Shown one piece after another: positions 54,551 to 63,334 of a stretch of 63,375 bases of DNA. The DNA lies in contig CAZSJW010000008.1 in assembly GCA_964607285.1 (NCBI GenBank), forward strand, positions 1 to 63,375, given 5' to 3'. Position 1 is the first letter of the stretch. Every line of letters starts with the position of its first letter. The notes under the pieces are model-generated. The model did not search any database, was not told the origin of the DNA, and saw only the letters and a program-made list of their open reading frames with translations. The position numbers were made by a program, and so were the translations under genes. The stretch comes from an uncultured Pseudomonadales bacterium. Lineage in GTDB: Bacteria; Patescibacteriota; Microgenomatia; UBA1400; PJMF01.

Positions 54551-55318
54551 TTATTTATATGGGAAAACCGTGACGAACAAAATCACCACAAAGAGAGCAA
54601 CTAATGAATACTCAGTAAGAGTTTGACTAAACAGTCTGCCACGAAGGTAGTTTTGCAAAATACCCAAACTGATATACAAGATAGACATCACAAACAACGC
54701 GCTGTACCACACTGAAAACGGAAAAAAACTCAGAGCCATTGTGAACTCAGCAACAACTAGAGTCAGCACGGCCGCTAAACCCACAATATGCTTTGGTATT
54801 TTATTTTCAAGCTGTACCGACCACAACGACATGAAGATTAACAAACTGTGTGAAATTGCTACTAAAAGTGTAGTAAAAACAACATGTAATCGTAAAGAAA
54901 AGATGGTGTTTGTGAGTAGCAAGGAAGTCAATAAAGTGAATAATAATCCCACAGCATGCGCTGCATGAACAAGCTGTATTGTTCTACCCTTTGCAACTGA
55001 CCAAATGTTGGCAGTCAAAAATAACGCATACATACCTACGCCAAACAAGGTTAAAACGCCAAGCTGACTTAAAAAGTGGGTAGGAAGTAAGAAGTAGAAT
55101 AAACTAACCGCTCCAGCATATACTGCTGGAAAAGGCACAACTGTGAGACGTTCATGTGTTTGCAAGTCATCGGCAAGTGCCCAAGTTGCTGCGCCATAGG
55201 TCACAAGCATAAACGCAGCCACAGCCAAGTAGCGTAATTCAAGTGGAACTTGGAGAACTCCGAATAATCCCACGCTAAGTAAAACTGCTGCTACTACAAA
55301 TTTTTCTCTTCGTCTCAT
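54551..55318 (-). CDS. polytopic integral membrane protein (function unknown)
   Basis: 255-aa ORF that is almost entirely hydrophobic, with about 8 predicted helices. Its start overlaps the yebC stop by 1 nt. Confidence 0.5.
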   Translation of the reverse strand: MRRREKFVVAAVLLSVGLFGVLQVPLELRYLAVAAFMLVTYGAATWALADDLQTHERLTVVPFPAVYAGAVSLFYFLLPTHFLSQLGVLTLFGVGMYALFLTANIWSVAKGRTIQLVHAAHAVGLLFTLLTSLLLTNTIFSLRLHVVFTTLLVAISHSLLIFMSLWSVQLENKIPKHIVGLAAVLTLVVAEFTMALSFFPFSVWYSALFVMSILYISLGILQNYLRGRLFSQTLTEYSLVALFVVILFVTVFPYK

Positions 55319-55890
55319 TACTCAGACTCCGCTTCTTCGGGCAATTCTGTTGCCACGATCACCTGCTCTATATCCTCATTGTCTTCCAAAGAAGTAATCA
55401 AATCTAGAAGTTTCTGCATCGATGACTCATCAACCACTATAGGCATCGTTGTTTTAAACTCACCAGTCTCTGAATTCCTCTCGAATAGATACATTGCGCT
55501 ACCAGGACTTCCCAGTGATCCTCCACCGCGAGAAAGAATGAACTTGATTTCAGAACTGGTACGATTTGGATTATCCGTGTGGGCAATAATAAGCATGCCA
55601 ACACCACCAGGACCAAATGCCTCGTAGATGATCTCTTGTATAGAAGTGCCAGCTGCAGTCTTGCCCAAACCACGCTCAATTGCCCTGTCAATATTAAATT
55701 TTGGCATATTGGCAGCTCTAGCCTTTTCAAGCATCAGCCTCAGTGATGGGTTACTTTTAGGATCTCCCGACTGCCCTTCCTTGACTGCTACACGAATCAG
55801 CTTAGCAATTTGCGTGAACACTTTTGCCCGTTTAGTATCTGCAGCACCTTTACGGTTTTTTATATTATTCCACTTGCTGTGTCCTGACAT
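55318..55890 (-). CDS. yebC: YebC/PmpR family DNA-binding regulator (short form)
   Basis: The internal ATG at 55890 gives the family-defining N-terminus, MSGHSKWNNIKNRKGAADTKRAKVFTQIAKLIRVAVKEG. The 47 codons upstream in the track ORF have no family counterpart. Confidence 0.85.
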   Translation of the reverse strand: MSGHSKWNNIKNRKGAADTKRAKVFTQIAKLIRVAVKEGQSGDPKSNPSLRLMLEKARAANMPKFNIDRAIERGLGKTAAGTSIQEIIYEAFGPGGVGMLIIAHTDNPNRTSSEIKFILSRGGGSLGSPGSAMYLFERNSETGEFKTTMPIVVDESSMQKLLDLITSLEDNEDIEQVIVATELPEEAESE

Positions 55891-56057
55891 GGTGACCTTT
55901 CTTTCAGAGAATAAACGAAACACTACTTGCAATACCTCAGTGTCCTCTTGCATTATACCCTCGAGTTGATTCTCATGCATCCATAAGTTTCTTGTGCTTG
56001 ACATGAAAGCACTGCAATTGTATCCTTCCACAGCGTGTTATAGCGCACATTGTATCG

Positions 56058-56804
56058 ATGCAACAAACTCCAAACCTCATTCAAGTTAAACAACTAGCCA
56101 TTGCCGCTGCTAAGCGTTCTGACTGGCAATCAGCTGTAGAGTTTAATTTGACACTCCTGCAACAAAACCCTAACGACGTCAGTGCGCTCAATAGGCTTGG
56201 AGTATCATATCTGCAACTACAAGACAAAAATTCGGCTAGAGAAGCATTCAACAAAGTTTTGGAAATTGAAAAACTTAACCCGATTGCTAAACGCAACTTA
56301 GCGCGATTAAAGGGTAATGGATCAGCGAACGTATCTTTTTCTACACAATATTTCATTGAAGAACCAGGTAAAACTAAAACTGTCGAATTACATCGCTTAG
56401 CAGGGAAAACTGTACTTGATAGCCTATCTGTTGGACAACAGTGTGAGCTTAAACTTAAAAATAGATACATTTCAGTGGAGTGTGTAGGTCAGTATGTAGG
56501 CGCGTTACCTGAGGATCTTTCATTCAGACTCACCAAACTTATAAACTGGGGAAATACCTACACTTGCATAATTCGCTCGTGTTCCAATAATGCTTGTAGT
56601 GTCTTTCTCAAAGAATCACATCGCTCCAAAAAGAACCAGGAAATTCATTCTTTTCCTCCAGGCAAACTCAACCATAGCTCAATTGCTGACATAGACGATC
56701 GCTTTTTGCTGGATGAGGATATTCCTGTCGAAATTGTTGAAACTGATCAAGATTATGAAAAATCGTTGGATGAAATTGATACTGACCAATCTATTGAAGA
56801 CTAA
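56058..56804 (+). CDS. TPR-repeat-containing protein
   Basis: 248-aa ORF. The N-terminal ~80 aa show TPR-like helices (WQSAVEFNLTLLQQNPNDVSALNRLGVSYLQLQDKNSAREAFNKVLEIE). The C-terminal part is unknown and has an acidic tail. Confidence 0.5.
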   Translation: MQQTPNLIQVKQLAIAAAKRSDWQSAVEFNLTLLQQNPNDVSALNRLGVSYLQLQDKNSAREAFNKVLEIEKLNPIAKRNLARLKGNGSANVSFSTQYFIEEPGKTKTVELHRLAGKTVLDSLSVGQQCELKLKNRYISVECVGQYVGALPEDLSFRLTKLINWGNTYTCIIRSCSNNACSVFLKESHRSKKNQEIHSFPPGKLNHSSIADIDDRFLLDEDIPVEIVETDQDYEKSLDEIDTDQSIED

Positions 56805-57718
56805 ATCTTCGTTTGCCAATCGCTACCTAATTCTAAAAGAATTTCTGCTCTGTACTGTTCAAACTCGATTTGAGATCCTTCACTAGTTTCTTGAACTTCC
56901 AATCCAAAAGCGTTCTGCAATTGATCAGCTACAACTAAACATTCGCTGGGCATTGATGCATGTATACGCAATCTAGTAGCAGGCACTTCCTCCCTACCCG
57001 ATGCCGTTCTGACAACTAACACTCCCGATCGTTCCAGCACTGCACTCAACTCTTCTGCCATACCCGCTATTGTAGTCGTATTCATGACTGCAACTGGGCA
57101 GCGTGCACCTAGCACAGGATCTACAATTGGTAGAACTGGTTTTGCTCGGAACTCACTACCAGAAATACTTCGTAGTGTACCAACCTGCTCTTTTGCCACC
57201 ATACGAAGCTGTTCAATCCTTCGTAAAGGCTGGTCTTGCGTGTTAAGAATTCGTTGTCCTATGGATTCAACTGGCAACTGTACGGTTGCGGCATCCGTTT
57301 TCACAGCAACTTGCACAACTTCATGCACCAGGAGCCCGAGCTGCAAGCTCAAAAACTTCTCAGACATACCAGATGCGGTATCTAGGTTGGTCAAGCGCAG
57401 GATCTCAGAATCTCGCCAATTAGGTTGTAAACGTAATAACCAACCCTGTGAAGTATCATGTTTCGAGAGATACGCAATCACTTGGCTATCACGTTTTGTA
57501 AAAACAAGGTGTGGTAAAACAACTATGGTAACTAACAACCATATCCCTACTCCAAGAACAAGCAGCGTTACACTAACTGTTAGAAATGCTTTTAGAACGC
57601 CCCACCATCGCTTAGGTTTGCGCGTAGACCTACGAACAGATCGCCGATTTATCACAGATTTTCTCGGGGAGATGCGCAGATACACTGTTCTTCTGGCTGA
57701 TGGACGGGCAGGTCTCAT
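56801..57718 (-). CDS. membrane-anchored protein with LytR_C-like C-terminal domain
   Basis: 305-aa ORF with a basic N-terminus, one TM helix and a C-terminal VAVMNTTTIAGMAEELSAVLERSGVLVV..ATRLRI, which resembles the LytR_C domain. Confidence 0.4.
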   Translation of the reverse strand: MRPARPSARRTVYLRISPRKSVINRRSVRRSTRKPKRWWGVLKAFLTVSVTLLVLGVGIWLLVTIVVLPHLVFTKRDSQVIAYLSKHDTSQGWLLRLQPNWRDSEILRLTNLDTASGMSEKFLSLQLGLLVHEVVQVAVKTDAATVQLPVESIGQRILNTQDQPLRRIEQLRMVAKEQVGTLRSISGSEFRAKPVLPIVDPVLGARCPVAVMNTTTIAGMAEELSAVLERSGVLVVRTASGREEVPATRLRIHASMPSECLVVADQLQNAFGLEVQETSEGSQIEFEQYRAEILLELGSDWQTKI

Positions 57719-57736
57719 ACAAATGCGTTTCTATAT

Positions 57737-58936
57737 TCAACGCAAAATCTCGGTGCGAAGTTGCTCAGTTAAGCGTATCATGCACCGAACATTATGAATT
57801 GAAGCTAATCTATAGTAACTCAATTCAGCTGACTTATACAAATGGTGCAAGTAAGCTCTCGAGTAACCAGATTGACAAGTATAGCAGTCACAGCCAGGTT
57901 GGATGATAGATTGATCAGTTTTATACTTGCTGGTACCGATACGCAGGCGTGATTTGTCGAAATCTGACACAAACGCAAGTTTGCCCGACACTGACACTAG
58001 CTCACCAACATACAATGCACCATTACGAGCTAACCGTGTAGGGTTTACGCAATCAAACATATCGAAGCCAAGTTGCACTGCGGTAACAACATCTTGTGGA
58101 TCGCTACCTAAACCCATGGCATAGCGTGGTTTGTCTTGTGGCAACAACTGCTCTATCCAACCCATAACCTCAGCTGTCCCTGGCATGTTGTACCCCACAG
58201 TCTCCCCACCCACTGCTATACCATCAAAATTCATACCAGCAATTATTCTTGCTGAGTGCTCTCTTAGTTCTTGATGCAATCCACCCTGAATAATGCCAAA
58301 TAGTGCTTGATACTTGCCGTGCACACTTTGCCTCCCCTGCTCCTCCCAATAATTGAAACACTGTGCCGCCCACCGATGCGTACGATCCACTGACTCCCTT
58401 GCTGTTTCCAGTGGAGCACTATCTGGCAAACATTCATCAAACGTCATCATGATGTCCGCACCAATGCTCCGCTGAATCTCGATCGCCTTCTCTGGAGTGA
58501 AAAGATGTTTGCTGCCATCAAGGTGCGAGGTAAACGTGACTCCATCAGCCGTGATTTTTGCAGGTTGAAGCTGCTGTCCATCTACTTCTAATGCTCGTTT
58601 CCCTGGCTGTCCCAGTTGGGCACCCAAAGAGAATACTTGAAATCCCCCAGAGTCCGTAAGAATTGGCTTGTTCCACCCCATCATGCCGTGCATACCACCA
58701 AGCTCTGTGAGGACCTCTGTCCCAGGGCGTAAATAAAGATGGTAAGTGTTACCAAGAATTATTTGTGCTTTGGTAGTCTCTAGGTCTGCGTTGTCCAAGG
58801 ACTTGACAGTAGCTGCTGTGCCAACTGGCATGAAAATTGGGGTTTGGATTTTGCCGTGGGGTGTGGTTATGGTTCCTGCACGCCCATGCCGTGAAATTTC
58901 CTCGAGGTTAAATGAAATTTTAGAACTAGTTATCAT
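57737..58936 (-). CDS. tgt: queuine tRNA-ribosyltransferase (tRNA-guanine transglycosylase)
   Basis: ATG at 58936 chosen; the track uses TTG at 58960. GRAGTITTPHGKIQTPIFMPVGT, ILTDSGGFQVFSL and the zinc site CDCYTC..Y..AYLHHL are diagnostic. Confidence 0.9.
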   Translation of the reverse strand: MITSSKISFNLEEISRHGRAGTITTPHGKIQTPIFMPVGTAATVKSLDNADLETTKAQIILGNTYHLYLRPGTEVLTELGGMHGMMGWNKPILTDSGGFQVFSLGAQLGQPGKRALEVDGQQLQPAKITADGVTFTSHLDGSKHLFTPEKAIEIQRSIGADIMMTFDECLPDSAPLETARESVDRTHRWAAQCFNYWEEQGRQSVHGKYQALFGIIQGGLHQELREHSARIIAGMNFDGIAVGGETVGYNMPGTAEVMGWIEQLLPQDKPRYAMGLGSDPQDVVTAVQLGFDMFDCVNPTRLARNGALYVGELVSVSGKLAFVSDFDKSRLRIGTSKYKTDQSIIQPGCDCYTCQSGYSRAYLHHLYKSAELSYYRLASIHNVRCMIRLTEQLRTEILR

Positions 58937-58963
58937 GTGCGTATTATATAATGCACCCAAACT

Positions 58964-60058
58964 ATGCTAACCACCAAAGACTTCAACTATCACCTCCCCC
59001 CAGAACTCATCGCTCAATCCCCCGCCCCCAAGCGTGACCACAGTCGCTTGTTAGTTGTAGATCGCAGAGATGGATCGCTATCTCACCATATTTTTTTTGA
59101 GCTGCCTGAGCTTTTGGATAGTGATACCGTGCTTGTTCGAAACAATAGCAAAGTCATCAAAGCTCGCCTATTTGGGCATAAACCAACTGGCAGCGTCGTA
59201 GAAATTCTACTCAACAAAAAAATCTCAAGCTCTGTTGAAACTGAAACCTGGGACTGTTTAACCAAACCAGGTATAAAACCAGGCACCTTGCTCTCCTTCC
59301 CCAATTCTGAACTACAAGCCGAATGCACTGGGTATGGTGCTGAGGACGACTACACACGAACACTTATCTTCAATAGATCGAGTGTACAACTGCTCAAAAT
59401 CCTTGATCAAATCGGTCACACTCCCCTACCCCCATATATCAATGCTGATGACACTAGTGCTGAAGTAGCAATACGATACCAAACCACCTACGCCCACACT
59501 CCAGGGTCGGTGGCTGCACCCACAGCGGGGTTGCACATTACGCCTGAAGTTGAGCTTGCGCTCCGCACTAAGGGCATAGAATTTCATGATCTAACACTGC
59601 ATGTAGGACTTGGAACGTTTCTGCCTGTCAAGACAGCGGCTATCACCGAACATCACATGCACGCTGAGTGGTTTGAAATGGACGAACAAACCGCCGCAGC
59701 ACTTACCACCTCGAAAGCTGCTGGCAAAAAAATTCTAGCTGTTGGCACTACAAGTGTGCGTACACTTGAAACCATAGCTGCTCAATCCACCAGTGACCAA
59801 CTTTTTACAGCACAATCGGGAGACACTAGCATTTTTATCTATCCGCCATATAAATTCCAAGCCGTTGATCAAATGATCACAAATTTTCACCTGTCAGAGT
59901 CTACGCTTCTGACGTTAGTCGGAGCATTTATTAGCTATCCACAAACAGATGAATCGTTCAAGACATTTTCAAGCAGTCTGCTTGGCAAGGCATATCAGAA
60001 AGCAATTGCACACAAGTATCGATTTTACTCATTTGGTGATGCCATGATAATTGTGTAA
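58964..60058 (+). CDS. queA: S-adenosylmethionine:tRNA ribosyltransferase-isomerase
   Basis: 364-aa ORF. FNYHLPPELIAQSPA..RDHSRLLV, GSVAAPTAGLHIT, AVGTTSVRTLE and RFYSFGDAM are typical QueA motifs. It is divergent from tgt. Confidence 0.9.
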   Translation: MLTTKDFNYHLPPELIAQSPAPKRDHSRLLVVDRRDGSLSHHIFFELPELLDSDTVLVRNNSKVIKARLFGHKPTGSVVEILLNKKISSSVETETWDCLTKPGIKPGTLLSFPNSELQAECTGYGAEDDYTRTLIFNRSSVQLLKILDQIGHTPLPPYINADDTSAEVAIRYQTTYAHTPGSVAAPTAGLHITPEVELALRTKGIEFHDLTLHVGLGTFLPVKTAAITEHHMHAEWFEMDEQTAAALTTSKAAGKKILAVGTTSVRTLETIAAQSTSDQLFTAQSGDTSIFIYPPYKFQAVDQMITNFHLSESTLLTLVGAFISYPQTDESFKTFSSSLLGKAYQKAIAHKYRFYSFGDAMIIV

Positions 60059-60079
60059 AATGTCGATGCATACATTGTC

Positions 60080-60667
60080 ATGCTAGAAACTATACCTTCG
60101 CCAGATACTCAAATCAAATCTGTTGAGTCATTGTTTGAGCAGCTTCTCAATATACCTTTTCCAAAAACCCCACTCAGTTACCAAACATTCTTCACATATC
60201 AGAAAAAGTCTATGATGGACTGATTGAAGCAGTACTAGCACAAGAGCTTGATGATCCTCATCAAAGCGACGGCAAACCAAAGGCAAGAAGCCAGTTTGTT
60301 GGTTTAATAGATCGTGCTGGAAAAGTTTCAAATAGTCCCGTCTATGTAGGGACAGTGATGAGAACTGGAGACGCTTGGGCAGAAACATATGCCGATCAGC
60401 ACCATGAAAAAAGGATTTAGCAGGTACGATGAACTTACAAGATTCTATGATAGCCAGCACGATACTCCACGCATTTCAGACCTTGCACAGCTATTAGAGA
60501 AATATGGATACTGCTTGTACATGTGGAAAAATCCACATGCTTCAATGACGGTTCGGCAAGCACATGAAAAAGGTTTCTTTGCAGATGGTATTCCACTCAC
60601 TCGGATTGGTCAACCACTTTGGTTGCGACAACTAAAAGAGCAATTTTCTGGACCTGCAACAGAGTAA
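60080..60667 (+). pseudogene. hypothetical gene apparently broken by two compensating frameshifts at poly-A tracts
   Basis: Three consecutive open, protein-like frames: 60080-60223, ~60139-60420 (no start codon) and 60389-60667. Adding one A to the A5 run at 60203-60207 and removing one A from the A6 run at 60407-60412 would fuse them into a single ~195-aa ORF. Confidence 0.4.
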
Positions 60668-60679
60668 AAGCATTACAAC

Positions 60680-61138
60680 TTACGCCTGGCCAACCTCAAA
60701 TCGCACAAAGCGATTGATCACAAACTTCTCACCAATCTTACCACTGAGTTCCTTGACCAATTCTTCAATTGTTTTAGAACCATCACGGATGAACTCTTGG
60801 CTGAGGAGGTCAGCAACGTCTGCTGGCTTCATAGCTGCAACGTGCATAGCTACATCGCGCGCCATAGTTTGGAACTCTGGGTTGCGTGCCACAAAGTCTG
60901 TTTCACACAAGATTTCCACTAGCACACCTATTTTGTTGGTAGCATGAGTGTAACTGGCAATGTAGCCTTCTTTTGTTTCGCGGTCTGCTTTTTTCTCAGC
61001 ACGCAGCATGCCTTTTTGACGAACTAGCTCCTTGGCTTTTTCGTAGTTACCGTTTGCTTCTTCCATAGCCTTTTTGCAGTCCATAATACCAGCACCGGTT
61101 TCTTCACGAAGTTTCTTGATATCAGTTGCGGATGACAT
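60680..61138 (-). CDS. tsf: elongation factor Ts (short form)
   Basis: The internal ATG at 61138 gives MSSATDIKKLREETGAGIMDCKKAMEEANGNYEKAKELVRQKG, the EF-Ts UBA-like N-terminus. It lies downstream of rpsB, as in the conserved rpsB-tsf operon. Confidence 0.85.
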   Translation of the reverse strand: MSSATDIKKLREETGAGIMDCKKAMEEANGNYEKAKELVRQKGMLRAEKKADRETKEGYIASYTHATNKIGVLVEILCETDFVARNPEFQTMARDVAMHVAAMKPADVADLLSQEFIRDGSKTIEELVKELSGKIGEKFVINRFVRFEVGQA

Positions 61139-61207
61139 ATATTCCTTTCTCAAATGAGAACTGTACACGTGGCTAGCACTCAGCAAACTAGCCTGTACTT
61201 AGAGTAA

Positions 61208-61930
61208 TTACTTTTTTGCTTGCTTACCTGCAGCATACCCACTGGTGACTGCTTTGACAACATACTCAATGCTTTTGACTGCATCATCGTTTGCAGGAAT
61301 TGGGATCAAAACATCACGAGGATCTGTATTCGAGTCAACCATTGCTAAAACAGGAACACTTTCACTAACTGCCTCTTTGAGGGCAATCTTTTCTCGTTTT
61401 GGGTCAATGATAAATAAACAATCTGGCTCTTGTCTAAGAGTGCGAATACCCTCAAAAAAGCGAGCTAACCGTAACTCCTCTTTCTCGAACTGCATGCGTT
61501 CATACTTAGTATATTTATCAAAACCTCCTGTTTTGAGACCAGTCTCCAGGTCTATCATTCGTTTGAGAGATTTTTTTACCTGATCCCAGTTAGTCAAAAG
61601 ACCACCAAGCCATCGACTAGTTATGTAATTCACACCCGTTTCTGCGGCAGCAGTCTTGATGATATCTCGAGCTTGCTTTTTAGTGCCCACAGCTACGAGC
61701 GTCTTGCCTGCTTTCCCAAGTTCATACGCATATTTGTATGCTGCTTGGAGTTGTTGTGCAGTCTTTTCTAGGTCAAAAATATGAACGCCATCTTTTTCCA
61801 TGTAAATCCACTCGTCCATATGTGGATTCCACTTTGATTTTTGGTGTCCGAAATGACATCCTGCCTCTAGAAGATCTCTGAGGTCAAACTCTGGTACTTG
61901 TACAGGTGTTGTTGCAGATGTTTCTGCCAT
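61208..61930 (-). CDS. rpsB: 30S ribosomal protein S2
   Basis: 240-aa ORF. LLEAGCHFGHQKSKWNPHM, ..FVGTKKQA.. and ..RWLGGLLTNW.. are uS2 signatures. Confidence 0.95.
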   Translation of the reverse strand: MAETSATTPVQVPEFDLRDLLEAGCHFGHQKSKWNPHMDEWIYMEKDGVHIFDLEKTAQQLQAAYKYAYELGKAGKTLVAVGTKKQARDIIKTAAAETGVNYITSRWLGGLLTNWDQVKKSLKRMIDLETGLKTGGFDKYTKYERMQFEKEELRLARFFEGIRTLRQEPDCLFIIDPKREKIALKEAVSESVPVLAMVDSNTDPRDVLIPIPANDDAVKSIEYVVKAVTSGYAAGKQAKK

Positions 61931-62052
61931 AGTGTCCTTTGTTTTTCCTCTGGTTTGCCAGAGTTATGAGGTGTCTCAGGTAGTGTCTTCTGGTAAACAG
62001 AAAACTCAGGACTAAGTGCCTGATGCACCTCGGGTGTTTTTACTAGGGGTGT

Positions 62053-62081
62053 ATTGTAACAAAGTTCTTCATGATTAACAA
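62053..62081 (-). promoter_or_regulatory. candidate sigma70-type promoter (TTGTTA-N17-TACAAT) for rpsB-tsf
   Basis: On the minus strand, the -35 box is at 62081-62076 and the -10 box at 62058-62053. This would give a 5' leader of roughly 115 nt before the rpsB ATG at 61930. Confidence 0.35.
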
Positions 62082-62165
62082 GATGAGCAAACTATTTTCT
62101 TACAGCTTATGAAGCCACTCCCACAACTTTAACACGGTCGGGGATTTGCGGGACAAAGGATAAAC

Positions 62166-62789
62166 TTAGTTCTGCACGCTTTCAGCGTGAGCATTATTGT
62201 GCCGAGATTCTTCGTCAAGCTGCTCAATAACAACCCATGAATTATCTTGAAATTTAGATTTTATTGTGACAAATTCTCCTGAGCCATCTACATATTCGTA
62301 TTGATTTCTTGAAATTTCATCTGGCTTTCCATCTACTTGCCGGGTTTCGAGTGCTGCTACAAGCCTACCAGTATCATCATATCTGAATTGGTTAATAATT
62401 TTCATTTCAGCTTCACGAGATTCATCCATAATGGTAAAAAGTTGTACTATTTTGGCAACTCTACCATCATCATCCCAATATTTCCATCTAGTTGGACGAC
62501 CAGCAATTGTTACGGCAACATCGAGACCTTCTCGTCCCAATACTGCACCAAGTAAGCCGTCAGGATCATCAAATCGCACTATGTTTAACATTTTCAATGC
62601 TTTATTTATATCCTCACGACGCCTTGCAGGAATTGACTCTCCTGGTTGAGGCCATCTGCCGAAACCACGCATTGATTCAGGTAAGCTGCCTCTCTCTATT
62701 GCATCTAAAAATTTTTGCTCATCTGCTTGACGTTTTTTATTGTTTTCAAAGTATTCTTGTTGACTAATTTCTCTATTACTTCCTGCCAT
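62166..62789 (-). CDS. hypothetical protein with YD/RHS-like repeat motifs
   Basis: 207-aa ORF. Three related segments (KYWDDDGRVAKIV, FRYDDTGRLVAAL and YEYVDGSGEFVTI) resemble YD-repeat or YwqK-like units. Confidence 0.4.
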   Translation of the reverse strand: MAGSNREISQQEYFENNKKRQADEQKFLDAIERGSLPESMRGFGRWPQPGESIPARRREDINKALKMLNIVRFDDPDGLLGAVLGREGLDVAVTIAGRPTRWKYWDDDGRVAKIVQLFTIMDESREAEMKIINQFRYDDTGRLVAALETRQVDGKPDEISRNQYEYVDGSGEFVTIKSKFQDNSWVVIEQLDEESRHNNAHAESVQN

Positions 62790-62925
62790 ATTTTCCTTTA
62801 ATTTTTCTATATAAGTCTTTTAATCATCTTTCTCCGACACCTTATCCTGTCTGAAATATTATGCTTTGTCATATCATACTACGAAACACCGACTTTAGAA
62901 ACTAATTCTTAAGATCGGTAGTGGG

Positions 62926-63123
62926 TCAATTTGAAGAATTTGAAGTTTCCTTCATATCAATTCGAGGGATTTCACGAATTTGAACAGTGCCAGATTCATC
63001 AGGTTTTGATATACGAACTTCATCACATTTCCATTTATCTTTATAGTGTTCAATCCACTTTTGACGATTCTCTTCAGAATCTACTTCATCAATTTTATGT
63101 AATGCGATTCCTAGACTGTTCAT
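62926..63123 (-). CDS. hypothetical small protein
   Basis: 65-aa ORF lying 1 nt downstream of the 69-aa ORF on the same strand. No motif recognised. Confidence 0.3.
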   Translation of the reverse strand: MNSLGIALHKIDEVDSEENRQKWIEHYKDKWKCDEVRISKPDESGTVQIREIPRIDMKETSNSSN

Positions 63124-63124
63124 A

Positions 63125-63334
63125 TTAAGTGTTTTTCTTCCATCGGGCTTTAGCAGCTATGTGTGCAATTTCACTTCTTCTTTCAGAATTGAGATTTTGG
63201 GCTCGAATTTTTCCACCTTTTAATCCGCCTAATCGCCCCAAGGCTACTGCAGCTGGGTTCTTCACATCCTTTTCCTCATCATCTTGAGTAGATAAGGAGA
63301 CAACATTGTAGGCTTTGACGTTTACATCTGACAT
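63125..63334 (-). CDS. small basic protein with GRLGGLKGGKxRA...AKARW motif
   Basis: 69-aa ORF. AAVALGRLGGLKGGKIRAQNLNSERRSEIAHIAAKARWKK matches a small-protein motif that I remember recurring in phage- and TA-associated contexts. Function unknown. Confidence 0.4.
   Translation of the reverse strand: MSDVNVKAYNVVSLSTQDDEEKDVKNPAAVALGRLGGLKGGKIRAQNLNSERRSEIAHIAAKARWKKNT

Noticed and set aside
60128-60460. 110-aa minus-strand ORF between queA and tsf
   Set aside because: Its composition (Leu/Cys/His/Phe/Arg-heavy, for example FLPLVCRRFDEDHQALVLVLLQSVHHRLFLICEECL) looks like the antisense shadow of the more protein-like plus-strand frames. I favour a frameshifted plus-strand gene, but cannot prove it without searches.
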